Positions 50,670 through 59,828 of a stretch of DNA of 64,000 bases are shown one piece after another (the stretch's first letter is position 1; every line of letters starts with the position of its first letter). The stretch is from assembly GCA_005893305.1 (NCBI GenBank), contig VBOZ01000029.1, positions 169,072 through 233,071 on the forward strand. The letters are read 5' to 3'. The notes beneath the pieces are model-generated. The model saw nothing but the letters and a program-made list of their open reading frames with translations. It was not told where the DNA came from and ran no database searches. Position numbers and translations under genes: made by a program. Origin of the DNA: Candidatus Eiseniibacteriota bacterium. Lineage in GTDB: Bacteria; Eisenbacteria; RBG-16-71-46; SZUA-252.

Positions 50670-53486
50670 ATGAGGCCGGCCCTCGCCGTGCTCGCGGCCG
50701 CCGGGGTCGCGACGATCGCGATCCTCCTCCTCCTCAGACCGTCGTCCCTCCGCTCCTCGACGACCGCGACCAGCGACTACGCGAACTTCGAGGCGCTCCA
50801 GGTCCATCCGCTGGCCATAACGCCCGACCGGACCCGGCTCCTCGCCGTGAACACGCCCGATGCCCGGCTCGAGGTGCTCACGATCGGTGCCCACACCCTG
50901 AGCCGGCTCGGCGAGATCCCGGTGGGATTGGAGCCCGTTTCGGTCTCGGCGTTCAACGACAGCATCGCCTGGGTGGTCGACAACGTCTCCGATGCGGTGA
51001 GCATCGTGAATCTACGGACCTTCAGCGTGGAGAACACGCTCACGGTCGGGGACGAGCCGACCGACGTGGTCTTCGCCGGGAGTCCAAAGCGGGCCTTCGT
51101 CTGCGTCAGCGGCGAGGACGCCGTGAAGCTCTACGATCTCGTGGATCCGCTCGCGCCGACGCTCGCCGCGAACCAGACGATCCAGGGCACGCACCCGCGC
51201 GCCCTGGCCGCGTGGGGCAACGAGGTCTACGTCGGCGTGCTGGACGCCGGGAACCGGACGAGTGTCGTGAGCGCGAGCCTCGTGCGGGCCGGCGGCGGCC
51301 CGCCGCCGCCGAGCCCGCCGCGCAAGCTGACCTCCTCCGCGCCCGACGTCGCCCTCATCGTGCAGCAGGTCGGAAGCGATTGGGTGGACGAGCGCGCCGC
51401 CTCCCAGAAGACCTGGAACTCGGTCATCCCCTACACCCTGCCCGACCGCGACGTGCAGGTCCTCGACGCGAGCTCGGGGGCGCCGGTCCGAACGGTCTCC
51501 GACGTAGGCACCAACCTCTTCAACCTCGCCGTGGCGCCCGGGAGCGGAAACGTCTACGTCACGAACACCGAGGCCTTCAACCGCACGCGCTTCGAGCCGA
51601 ACTTAAGGGGACGGTTCGCGCAGAATCGGATTTCGCGGATCCGACCCGGGCAGACACTCCCGTCCGACGTCTGGCACCTGAACAGCCACATCGTCTACGA
51701 CACGATTCCGGGCCCGTCGTTCGAGAGGGACCTGAGCCTCTCCCAGCCGATCGACATCGCGGTGAACGCTGCCGAGACGCGCGTCTACGTGGCCGCGCTC
51801 GGGTCGGACAGGGTGGGGGTCTTCGATCTCTCGCAGGGAACGGTGGTGAACCGGATTCCGTCCTCGCTCGCCCCGCTGCCGAAGCGCGGGGGCCCGACCG
51901 GATTGGCGCTGGACGAGGCCAGGGCGCAGCTTTTCGTGCTCAACCGATTCGCCAACTCGGTCTCGATCGTGGACCTCGGCACGGAGAACATCGTCGGGGA
52001 GACGTTCTTTCGTTTCTATCCGACTCCCCGGGAGGTGTTCGAGGGACGGCGGTTCCTCTACGACGCGACGCTCTCGGGCCACGGCGATCTCGCCTGCTCC
52101 TCCTGTCACATCGCGAGCAACTTCGACAACATCGCCTGGGATCTCGGTGACCCGCAGGGCGATCCCATCCCGGTGCCGCCGGGGCAGTCGCCGTTCCTAC
52201 CGCCGTTCGATCCGATGAAGGGCCCGATGACGACGCAGTCGCTGCGCGGGCTGAGCGGAACGGGGAACCTGCACTGGCGGGCCGACCGTGAGAACTTCCT
52301 CGCCTTCAACCCCGCCTTCGTGAAGCTGATGGGGAATGATGCTCAGCTCTCGACCACCGACATGCAGAGGTACAACGACTTCATCATGACGGTGGTCTAC
52401 CCCCCGAACCCGAATCAGAATCTGGACCGGACGTGGCCGGACCCGGCGGCGCCAACTCCGAGTCCGACGCGCGGGAAGATCGAGTTCGACACGAACAACC
52501 ACGACGGGGGCACCTGCGCCGCGTGCCACGCCTTCCCGGCCGGCACGAACGGGACGATCATCCCGGGGCCGCTGCTTCAAGAGAGCCAGGGGATGAAGGT
52601 GCCGCAGCTGCGGAACGCGTACGCCAAGACCGGCTTTACCAACGCGGCCGGCCCCCAGAAACGGGGCTTCGGCTACATTCACGACGGCTCGATCGACAAC
52701 CTGATCACGTTTCTGCACCTCCCGGTGTTCAATTTCCAGAACGAGCAGCAGCGGCGCGACCTCGCGTCGTTCATCCTCTCGTTCGACACCGGGATGGCCC
52801 CATCGGTCGGCCGGCAGCTCACGATCAGCGCCTCGACCAAGAATCTGGCCTCAACGACGTCGCTGCTCGACTCGCTCTACCTTGAGGCCGACATCGGCAA
52901 CTGCGACCTGGTGGCGCACGGGTACATCGACGGCCAGAATCGCGGCTACCGATACACCGGCGCCCGCAAGTTCGAGAGCGATTACAACCCGGAGGGCGTC
53001 CTTGACGCCGATCTCCTCCGCGGGCTCCCCGACGCTCCCGGCGAGGCGATCACCTATCTCGGCGTGCCGCCGGGCTCGGGCGTGCGGATGGGGATCGATC
53101 GCGACCGGGACGGGTACCGCGACCGCTACGAGATCGCGCTCGGGTCCGATCCCGCCGATGCGAGCTCGGTCCCGTCGGTGAGCGCGATCACGATGCCTCC
53201 GACCGCTCCGATCGCGCGGCTGTCGCAGAACGCGCCGAATCCGTTCAATCCATCGACGGTGATCGCCTATGATGTGGCCCACGCGGGCACGGTGAAGCTC
53301 CACGTGTTCGACGCGGCCGGGCGGCTCGTGCGAACCCTCGTCGACGCCAACGTGCCCGCGGGGCGGCATACCGTGCGCTGGGACGGCGCGGATGATCAAG
53401 GCCGACCGGCCGCGAGCGGGCGCTACTACTACCGGCTCCGCGTCGGGCCGAAGGTCCTGACGAGGGACATGACCCTCATCAAGTAG
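50670..53486 (+). CDS. Secreted fusion of a YVTN-type beta-propeller, a di-haem cytochrome c peroxidase/MauG-like domain, and a C-terminal FlgD-Ig-like/T9SS-type sorting domain
   Basis: Two CxxCH motifs (CSSCH, CAACH). CCP-family motifs VPQLRN and GYIHDGS. Propeller repeats in the N-terminal ~450 aa. C-terminus reads NAPNPFNPSTVIAYDV...LHVFDAAGRLVRTL...WDGADDQGRPAASGRYYYRL. Confidence 0.8.
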   Translation: MRPALAVLAAAGVATIAILLLLRPSSLRSSTTATSDYANFEALQVHPLAITPDRTRLLAVNTPDARLEVLTIGAHTLSRLGEIPVGLEPVSVSAFNDSIAWVVDNVSDAVSIVNLRTFSVENTLTVGDEPTDVVFAGSPKRAFVCVSGEDAVKLYDLVDPLAPTLAANQTIQGTHPRALAAWGNEVYVGVLDAGNRTSVVSASLVRAGGGPPPPSPPRKLTSSAPDVALIVQQVGSDWVDERAASQKTWNSVIPYTLPDRDVQVLDASSGAPVRTVSDVGTNLFNLAVAPGSGNVYVTNTEAFNRTRFEPNLRGRFAQNRISRIRPGQTLPSDVWHLNSHIVYDTIPGPSFERDLSLSQPIDIAVNAAETRVYVAALGSDRVGVFDLSQGTVVNRIPSSLAPLPKRGGPTGLALDEARAQLFVLNRFANSVSIVDLGTENIVGETFFRFYPTPREVFEGRRFLYDATLSGHGDLACSSCHIASNFDNIAWDLGDPQGDPIPVPPGQSPFLPPFDPMKGPMTTQSLRGLSGTGNLHWRADRENFLAFNPAFVKLMGNDAQLSTTDMQRYNDFIMTVVYPPNPNQNLDRTWPDPAAPTPSPTRGKIEFDTNNHDGGTCAACHAFPAGTNGTIIPGPLLQESQGMKVPQLRNAYAKTGFTNAAGPQKRGFGYIHDGSIDNLITFLHLPVFNFQNEQQRRDLASFILSFDTGMAPSVGRQLTISASTKNLASTTSLLDSLYLEADIGNCDLVAHGYIDGQNRGYRYTGARKFESDYNPEGVLDADLLRGLPDAPGEAITYLGVPPGSGVRMGIDRDRDGYRDRYEIALGSDPADASSVPSVSAITMPPTAPIARLSQNAPNPFNPSTVIAYDVAHAGTVKLHVFDAAGRLVRTLVDANVPAGRHTVRWDGADDQGRPAASGRYYYRLRVGPKVLTRDMTLIK

Positions 53487-53503
53487 CGGGAGTTGCCGGG
53501 GCG

Positions 53504-56290
53504 CTACTGCGGGATTGAATCGAGGTCGCCGGCGACGACCAGGTGGAGCTTCTCGGGGAGCAGGCGCGACCGGATGACCGCGTCCACCTGATCGCGGGTG
53601 ACCGCGCGGACCCGATCGGGGAATTCGTCCAGGTAGCGCGGCCCGAAACCATACTTATCGGCGAAGGCGAGCGCGGAGGCCACGCCGGCGTTGGTCCCCA
53701 GCTGCACGCGGAAGCTCCCGGCGAAATAGTTCTTCTGGGTCTCGACCTCCGCGTCGGTGATCCCCTCCTTGCAGTAGCGCTCGATCTCCTCCCGCGTCGA
53801 GTGCATCGCCTTCGCCAGATTCTTGGGCGCCACCGCGACGTTGACCATCCAGATTCCGTCCAGGTAGTCGGACCAGGCGAATCGCGACGCCAGGGTGTAG
53901 CTCAACCCTTCGCGGTCGCGCACGCGCTTCCCGATCCGCGACGTCAGCGAGCTCTGGCCGAGCGCGGCGTTCGCGACGATCGCGGCCTCCCACTCGGAAT
54001 CCGTGCGCTTCAACCCGCTGGCCTCTCCGAACGTGAAGTTCATGTTGGCCTTCCCGCGCATCGTCTCCACCGCGCGCTCCGCCGCGTTGGGCGCCGTGCG
54101 GGCGCGGTCGTAGTCGGGCCGGTCGCCCCTCGGGATCGGCGCGAAGAGCGAGTCCACGAGCGCGGCCACCATCGCCGTGTCGACGTCGCCCGCGACGGAG
54201 AGGATGAGCCCCGACCCGACGTAGTGTCCGCGGTGGAACGACCGGAGGTCCGCCACCGTCGCCGCGTCGAGGCTCGCGAGCATCTCCTCGCGGTCGGCGG
54301 CCCGGTACGGATGGCCCTTCGGGAAGATGAGCCGCGAGAGGCGGTCTCGAGCGCGGATGCCGGTGCTCTCGTAACTGCGGAGGAAATCGGCCCTGAGCTC
54401 GCTTTTGGCCTTCGCCAATTCGTCCGGCGCGAAGGCCGGATGCCGGACCTCGTCGGCGATCACGGAGAGCAGGAGCCGAACGTCGCGCGAGAGGGCGGAG
54501 CCCACGATCGTCGCCTCGCTCAGATCGGCGCCGATCGAGACGCTCGCTCCGACGTCGTCGAGGAGCGCCGCGATGGCGCGCTTGTCGCGCGTCGTGGTTC
54601 CGCGGGTCAGCATCATCGCGGCGAGCGACGGGATCGCCGGCTTCCCGGCCGGCGCCTCCTGGCGTCCCGCGAGCACGAGGCCGCTCACCGCGACGGTGGG
54701 GACCGCGGGGTTCGCGATCACGTCCAGGATCACCCCGTTCGGAAGGACGCGGTGGAGCGTGCGATCGGCGAACCTCTCGCCGCGCGCGGTCTCGGTCGCC
54801 CCGCCGGCGCCCGGCCGCTTCGATCGGGCGGGCCGCTTGCTCGGTGCCTGCGCGGGCTTCGCCGGCGCGGCGTCGCCCTGGACCGGCACGAACCAGCCGA
54901 CGGTGGCGTGCGCCGGAACGAGGTAGCTCTTGGCGACGCGCTGGACATCCTCGGCGGATACTCGCTTCATCGCGTCGATGTATCCCACGAACCACTTCCA
55001 ATCGGCGGAGGCGACCGCCTCGCCCAGCGAGGAAGCGAGCTGGTAGGTCCCGTCGCGGGAGCGGATGATCGAGACCTCGAGGCGGCTCTTCGCGCGAGCC
55101 AGCTCCACATCCGTCACGCCATGCTCCGCGACGCGGTACAGGGTTTCCTTGATGGCGGCTTCCACCTTGGCGGGCGTCGAGCCCGGAGACACGGTCGCGG
55201 TCGCCACGAGCGGGTAGGGATCCCGGAGGCCGTAGCTTTCGGCGTCCACGTCGGTGGCGAGACCGGTCTCCACGACGGCCTGATAGAGCCTCGAGTTCAC
55301 GCCGCCGGAGAGGATCGTGGCCAGCACATCGAGCGGGATGAAGTCGGGATGTAGGGCGCCGGGACGGAGGTAGGCGATCTCGACGAGTCCCACCTCACCG
55401 GGCCGGCTCACGATGACGCGCCGCTCTCCCTCCTGGGGCGGCTCGACCGTGATGATTTCCGGGATCGGGGTCGTGGAGCGCGGGAAGGTTCCGAACTCGC
55501 GATCGAAGCGCCGCAGAGCGTCGAGCGGGTCGAAATCGCCGACCAGGATCGCCTCGGCGTTGTTGGGCCAGAAGAAGTTCTTGTAGTGCTCCCGCAATTT
55601 CTCCGTCGTGACCCCTTCGATGTCGGAGCGATACCCGATCGTGGGCCAGTGGTAGGGGTGGGCGACGATGCAGGCCGCGATGACCGATTTGTCGAGCGCG
55701 CGCGCGGGATTGTTCTCCCCGATCTCGTACTCGTTCCTCACCACCGACATCTCGGGTTGCCGCTCCTGGTCGAGGATGAGCGCGCGGCCCATCCGGTCCG
55801 CTTCGATCCGTATCGCGAGGTCGAGCTTGTCGGACGGCAGCGTCGAGTACCCGGTCATCCGGTCGTACCAGGTGGTCATGTTGGTACTCGAGAAATCGGC
55901 GCCGGCCTCGTAGAGGACCTCCTGGAACGTCTGGTGGCCGTTCGCGCGACCGAAGTTCTTCGTGCTCTTGTTGAAGATCATGTGCTCGAGGAGATGCGCC
56001 GACCCGGTGTTTCCCGGAGCCTCGTTCCGGGATCCGACGTGATAGACGACGAGGAAGGTGATGACGGGGGCCGCGTGACTCGGGGAGAGCAGGATCTTCA
56101 TCCCGTTCGAGCGAAGCCGGTACTGCGTGATCCCGCCCATGGAGTCGAGCCGCTCGACGTTCGCAGGGAGCGCTAAGTCGCGCGAGGTCGACGACGGGCG
56201 AGGGGTTTCGCGGGGCTGCGCCGAGACCGGCGCGGACAACGCGCAGGCGCACAGGATCAGCGCGGCCGCAAGCGACCGCGCCGATCCGCG
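53504..56290 (-). CDS. Secreted tandem M16-family (pitrilysin/insulinase-like) zinc peptidase
   Basis: HLLEHM inverted zinc motif plus two M16 active/inactive domain pairs across about 900 aa. A signal-peptide-like segment (LAAALILCACALSAPVSAQP) is in frame upstream, but the track ORF start (56347) lies inside tRNA-Glu and there is no in-frame ATG or GTG between the tRNA and this segment. The start is unresolved (CTG/TTG or an indel). Confidence 0.8.
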   Translation of the reverse strand, partial: RGSARSLAAALILCACALSAPVSAQPRETPRPSSTSRDLALPANVERLDSMGGITQYRLRSNGMKILLSPSHAAPVITFLVVYHVGSRNEAPGNTGSAHLLEHMIFNKSTKNFGRANGHQTFQEVLYEAGADFSSTNMTTWYDRMTGYSTLPSDKLDLAIRIEADRMGRALILDQERQPEMSVVRNEYEIGENNPARALDKSVIAACIVAHPYHWPTIGYRSDIEGVTTEKLREHYKNFFWPNNAEAILVGDFDPLDALRRFDREFGTFPRSTTPIPEIITVEPPQEGERRVIVSRPGEVGLVEIAYLRPGALHPDFIPLDVLATILSGGVNSRLYQAVVETGLATDVDAESYGLRDPYPLVATATVSPGSTPAKVEAAIKETLYRVAEHGVTDVELARAKSRLEVSIIRSRDGTYQLASSLGEAVASADWKWFVGYIDAMKRVSAEDVQRVAKSYLVPAHATVGWFVPVQGDAAPAKPAQAPSKRPARSKRPGAGGATETARGERFADRTLHRVLPNGVILDVIANPAVPTVAVSGLVLAGRQEAPAGKPAIPSLAAMMLTRGTTTRDKRAIAALLDDVGASVSIGADLSEATIVGSALSRDVRLLLSVIADEVRHPAFAPDELAKAKSELRADFLRSYESTGIRARDRLSRLIFPKGHPYRAADREEMLASLDAATVADLRSFHRGHYVGSGLILSVAGDVDTAMVAALVDSLFAPIPRGDRPDYDRARTAPNAAERAVETMRGKANMNFTFGEASGLKRTDSEWEAAIVANAALGQSSLTSRIGKRVRDREGLSYTLASRFAWSDYLDGIWMVNVAVAPKNLAKAMHSTREEIERYCKEGITDAEVETQKNYFAGSFRVQLGTNAGVASALAFADKYGFGPRYLDEFPDRVRAVTRDQVDAVIRSRLLPEKLHLVVAGDLDSIPQ

Positions 56291-56299
56291 CGCGAAGAG

Positions 56300-56374
56300 T
56301 GGTAGCGCTACGGGGAATCGAACCCCGGTTTGATGGCTGAGAACCATCCGTCCTAACCCCTAGACGATAGCGCC
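56300..56374 (-). tRNA. tRNA-Glu (anticodon CUC)
   Basis: Cloverleaf read by hand: acceptor GGCGCTA/TAGCGCT (G1-U72), D-arm TCGTCTAGGGGTTAGGAC as in tRNA-Glu, anticodon stem GATGG/CCATC with loop TTCTCAG, T-arm CGGGG-TTCGATT-CCCCG, encoded CCA. Confidence 0.85.
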
Positions 56375-56410
56375 ACGACGCCGGCTCTATGAAGTGGCAC
56401 GCGATGAGCT

Positions 56411-56485
56411 TGGCTGGGGGAAGAGGATTCGAACCCCTGTACCGTGGTCCAGAGCCACGTGTCCTACCACTGGACGATCCCCCAA
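56411..56485 (-). tRNA. tRNA-Gln (anticodon CUG)
   Basis: Acceptor TGGGGGA/TCCCCCA (U1-A72, as in bacterial tRNA-Gln), D-arm GTCC-AGTGGTAG-GGAC, anticodon stem CGTGG/CCACG with loop CTCTGGA, T-loop GGTTCGAATCC, encoded CCA. Confidence 0.85.
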
Positions 56486-56521
56486 AAGGCGTCGGAGTTT
56501 AGCAAAGGCGCTCGGAGGGCG

Positions 56522-57178
56522 TCAACGCCGCGGGCCGCTCGAGTCAGGCGGCGCGGGATCGTGGCTCGACCGGAAATGACTGCGGAGCCAGAGGAGGAAG
56601 AGGAGGCCGAGCGCGGCGACGACGGCGAGGTCGAACCCGCGCCAGTACTCGCGAATTCGCTCCCAATGCTCGCGGAACATGACCCCGACCTGCGCGAGCA
56701 CGAGCGACCAGACCGCCGATCCCAGGAATGTGTAGAGCGAGAACCGCCAGAAGGGAACGCGCGCCGCGCCCGCGGGGAAGGAGATGAAGGTCCGCACGAT
56801 GGGAAGAAGCCGGGTCCAGAAGGCGACCTGAAGCCCGTGTCGCTTCAGCCAGCCGTCCGCTCGGTCGTACTCCTCCACCCGGATCAGGCGCCAGCGCGCG
56901 AGGCGCTCGGCGAGAGGGCGGCCGCCCTTCACCCCGAGCCAGTACGAGACCCACGATCCGAGCACGTTTCCAAAGGCGCCCGCGAGCACGACGCCCCAGA
57001 GCGTGAACCGCCCCGTGGTCACCAGGTAGCCCGAGAACGGCATGATGATCTCGCTGGGGAGGGGAATGCAGGCGCTCTCGATGGCCATGCAGAGCACGAT
57101 CCCGCCGTATCCGAGCGTCGAGATCACGGCGAGGATGAAGGCGGCGAGCGGGGCGACGATCCGATCCAGCAAATGCAC
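56522..57178 (-). CDS. DedA-family membrane protein
   Basis: DedA signature GYGGIVLCMAIESACIPLPSEIIMPFSGYL...G.W.SYWLG..GGRP. Confidence 0.85.
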   Translation of the reverse strand: MHLLDRIVAPLAAFILAVISTLGYGGIVLCMAIESACIPLPSEIIMPFSGYLVTTGRFTLWGVVLAGAFGNVLGSWVSYWLGVKGGRPLAERLARWRLIRVEEYDRADGWLKRHGLQVAFWTRLLPIVRTFISFPAGAARVPFWRFSLYTFLGSAVWSLVLAQVGVMFREHWERIREYWRGFDLAVVAALGLLFLLWLRSHFRSSHDPAPPDSSGPRR

Positions 57179-57269
57179 GCGCGAACCCTACGCGACGCGC
57201 TTCGCGGCAGACAAGCGGAAAGACTTCCGCCTTGAGGGGTTCCGCGTGCGCGTGATAGCGTCGAGGCGG

Positions 57270-59828
57270 ATGACATCCTCTTCGGTTCGACGGTCGCGCC
57301 CGCTCCGGCACGCGCTCCTTGCGGGGTGCCTCCTCGCCGCCACAGCCCCGGCCGCCGACGCCCTGCCCGAGGTCGTCGCGACGAGGGGTCTTCCGTCCTC
57401 GATCTCGTCCACCTACGGCACCGCCGTTCCGCTCGGGGATCCATCCACAGCGGGGCTCTTCGCGATCTCCACGCGATGGGGCGTCGAGATCCGCGATGCC
57501 GTGTCGGGCGCGGAGGCGCCGGTCGGCGCGTTCCGCACCTCGGGCGCCGTGAACGCGGTGGCCGCGGACGGGAACACGCTCTACCTCTTCGCGGGAACGC
57601 GGGGCATCGTGGCGGTGGACGTCACCGATCCCGCGAATCCAGCGGCGATCGGATCGCGCGGCGACCTGGGCGATCTGAAGCTCGGCGCGGCCTCTCCGAA
57701 CGGTTATGGGCTCGCGGCCGCGAACGCCTCCGAGCTCCACTTCCTCGGCCGCTCCTCGCCCGGCGCGCTCTCCTTGCTCGCGACGCTTCGATACGCGGAC
57801 GACCGTATCGTCCGCGCGATCGTCGCTCGGTCGGATTCCTTCCTCGTGGTGAGCGAGAGATCTACGCCGCTTCAGCGCCTCTTCCTCACGCTCTACCGGC
57901 TGCCGGCCGGCGCCGCGCAGCCCCAATTCGTGAGCGAGATCCCGGTTCCGAACCAGGCTCCGACGGGGATGGTCTGGCGCGGGGATCTCGCGTTCATCGG
58001 CGCGGGGAGTCTCGGCATACTCACGGCGAACGTGCGTACGGGCGTCGTGACCGGTCCGGCCGGCATCGGGAAATACGTCCGTGAAGTCGACGCGAACGAC
58101 TCGGTCGTCGTCGCCGCGGCGCAGGCCGGAACGTTCGTCCGCTTAAGGCGAAGCGGCTCCGGGGGCGCTACCCTCATCAACCCGACCTTCGAGTCGCTTC
58201 CGCTCGAGCCGATCCACATCGCGCTCTCGGGGAGCCGCGTCGCGATCTCGGTGCAGGACGTCGACTCGGCGCAGGACCCGGACGAGGTCGGACGCGGCGC
58301 GATCGAATTCCGGGATCTGGACCTGACGCTCGCGATCCCCGCGGTGGGTGGGACCGGGCGGACCCGCCGCGTCGCCTGGAGCGCCGGCCTCGCGTACGTC
58401 GCCGACTATACGGGCGGCCTCCGCATCTACCGCGCGGACGGATCCGACACCAGCCTCGTCGGGGTCCTCCCGCTCGGATCGAGCACCCGCGTCGTGGACA
58501 TCGCCCTCGATCCTCCGCGGCACCGGGCCTACCTGGCGGCCGGCAGCCAGGGGCTCCAGATCGTGGACACCACGGATCCGTCGGCACCCGCGCTCCTCTC
58601 CGCGCTCCCGCTCCCGGGCCTGGCGAGCGCGGTGGCGGTCGTCGATTCCGACCTCGTCGTGGTGGGCCGGCGCGGAACGGTCGGGGCCGGACTCACCTTC
58701 GTTGACGTCACCTCTCCGGCCTCTCCCGCGCCGCGCGGCCAGCTGGGAAGCGGCTCCATTCCCGATCCCCGCGCCATCGCGGTCAAGGACACGATCGCGT
58801 TCGTGGCGGACGAATCGCTCGGCTTGCTCGCGGTGCGTTTCGGCAACCCCGATGCTCCTGGCTTGGTCGGGACGCCCACCGGCACCGCCGCGCGCGACCT
58901 CGATCTCTCAGGCAACGTGCTCCTGGTCGCGACGGGCGCCGCCGGGCTCCAAGTGGTCAACGTTTCCAATCCCGTGATTCCGGTCCTCCAATCTCAGGTG
59001 GCGACACCCGCTCTCCTGGGGGTGGCGCGGTCGGCCAACTCCGCCGCTCTCTTCCTGGGAGACGAGGGGGCGCTTGTCGTCGACCTGAACAATCCTTCCG
59101 CCCCCGTGCTCCGCGGACCGATCGGAGTTCCGGGTGCGTCGCGCGACGGGATCTGGGTGGGCGACACGCTCCTGGTCGCGACCGGCTTCGCCCTGGAGCG
59201 TTTCCGCGTGAGCCCCGCGCCGACCGTGGTGCCCGCGCTCACGATCGAGTTCGATCGCGCGCTCCTCCTTCCTCGCGCCAGGATCCGATGGACGCCCGTG
59301 TCGCTCCCCGGCATGGTGGGGCTCAACGTCTATCGCGACCTGCTGCCGGGCCGGCAAGGCACGTCGCCCGCGGGGACGCTCGTGAACAAATCGCTGTTGA
59401 GCCCGGGCGCGACGGAGGCGGTCGACGACTCGCTCGTGGCGGGGACGACCTGCCGCTACAGGCTCGAGGCGTTCTTCGCGGACGGAAGCGCGATCAAAGT
59501 GGCCGAGGGCTCGATCTTCGTTCCGTCCAATTCCGCGGTGGGACGTCCGTTCCCGAATCCCTACCGGCCGAATGGCGGCGCCGCGCTCACGCTGCCGTTT
59601 CGGATCGCTCCGGGCTCACCCGCGGGGACCGTCGAGGTAACCATCCACGATGCTTCCGGCAGGCTCGTCCGCCGGTCGGTTCAGGCCGTCGGGGCGGGAG
59701 GCGGATTCGGGACTGCGGCGTGGGACGGCCGCGACGGGCGAGGCCGCAAGGCGCCGGACGGCGTCTACTTCGCGCGAGTGCGGGGACCGGGGATCGACGA
59801 TGCACGCCAGTTCGTCCTCTTACATTAA
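57270..59828 (+). CDS. Secreted LVIVD-repeat beta-propeller protein with a C-terminal FlgD-Ig-like/T9SS-type sorting domain
   Basis: Signal peptide after MTSSSVRRSRPLRHALLAGCLLAATAPAADA. Repeated (A)YVA...GL.IVD units. C-terminus reads FPNPYRP...VEVTIHDASGRLVRRS...WDGRDGRGRKAPDGVYFARV. Confidence 0.7.
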   Translation: MTSSSVRRSRPLRHALLAGCLLAATAPAADALPEVVATRGLPSSISSTYGTAVPLGDPSTAGLFAISTRWGVEIRDAVSGAEAPVGAFRTSGAVNAVAADGNTLYLFAGTRGIVAVDVTDPANPAAIGSRGDLGDLKLGAASPNGYGLAAANASELHFLGRSSPGALSLLATLRYADDRIVRAIVARSDSFLVVSERSTPLQRLFLTLYRLPAGAAQPQFVSEIPVPNQAPTGMVWRGDLAFIGAGSLGILTANVRTGVVTGPAGIGKYVREVDANDSVVVAAAQAGTFVRLRRSGSGGATLINPTFESLPLEPIHIALSGSRVAISVQDVDSAQDPDEVGRGAIEFRDLDLTLAIPAVGGTGRTRRVAWSAGLAYVADYTGGLRIYRADGSDTSLVGVLPLGSSTRVVDIALDPPRHRAYLAAGSQGLQIVDTTDPSAPALLSALPLPGLASAVAVVDSDLVVVGRRGTVGAGLTFVDVTSPASPAPRGQLGSGSIPDPRAIAVKDTIAFVADESLGLLAVRFGNPDAPGLVGTPTGTAARDLDLSGNVLLVATGAAGLQVVNVSNPVIPVLQSQVATPALLGVARSANSAALFLGDEGALVVDLNNPSAPVLRGPIGVPGASRDGIWVGDTLLVATGFALERFRVSPAPTVVPALTIEFDRALLLPRARIRWTPVSLPGMVGLNVYRDLLPGRQGTSPAGTLVNKSLLSPGATEAVDDSLVAGTTCRYRLEAFFADGSAIKVAEGSIFVPSNSAVGRPFPNPYRPNGGAALTLPFRIAPGSPAGTVEVTIHDASGRLVRRSVQAVGAGGGFGTAAWDGRDGRGRKAPDGVYFARVRGPGIDDARQFVLLH

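Noticed and set aside
56347-56374. Track start of the M16 peptidase ORF (MVLSHQTGVRF...)
   Set aside because: These codons lie inside the tRNA-Glu gene on the same strand, so the true start must be downstream of 56300.
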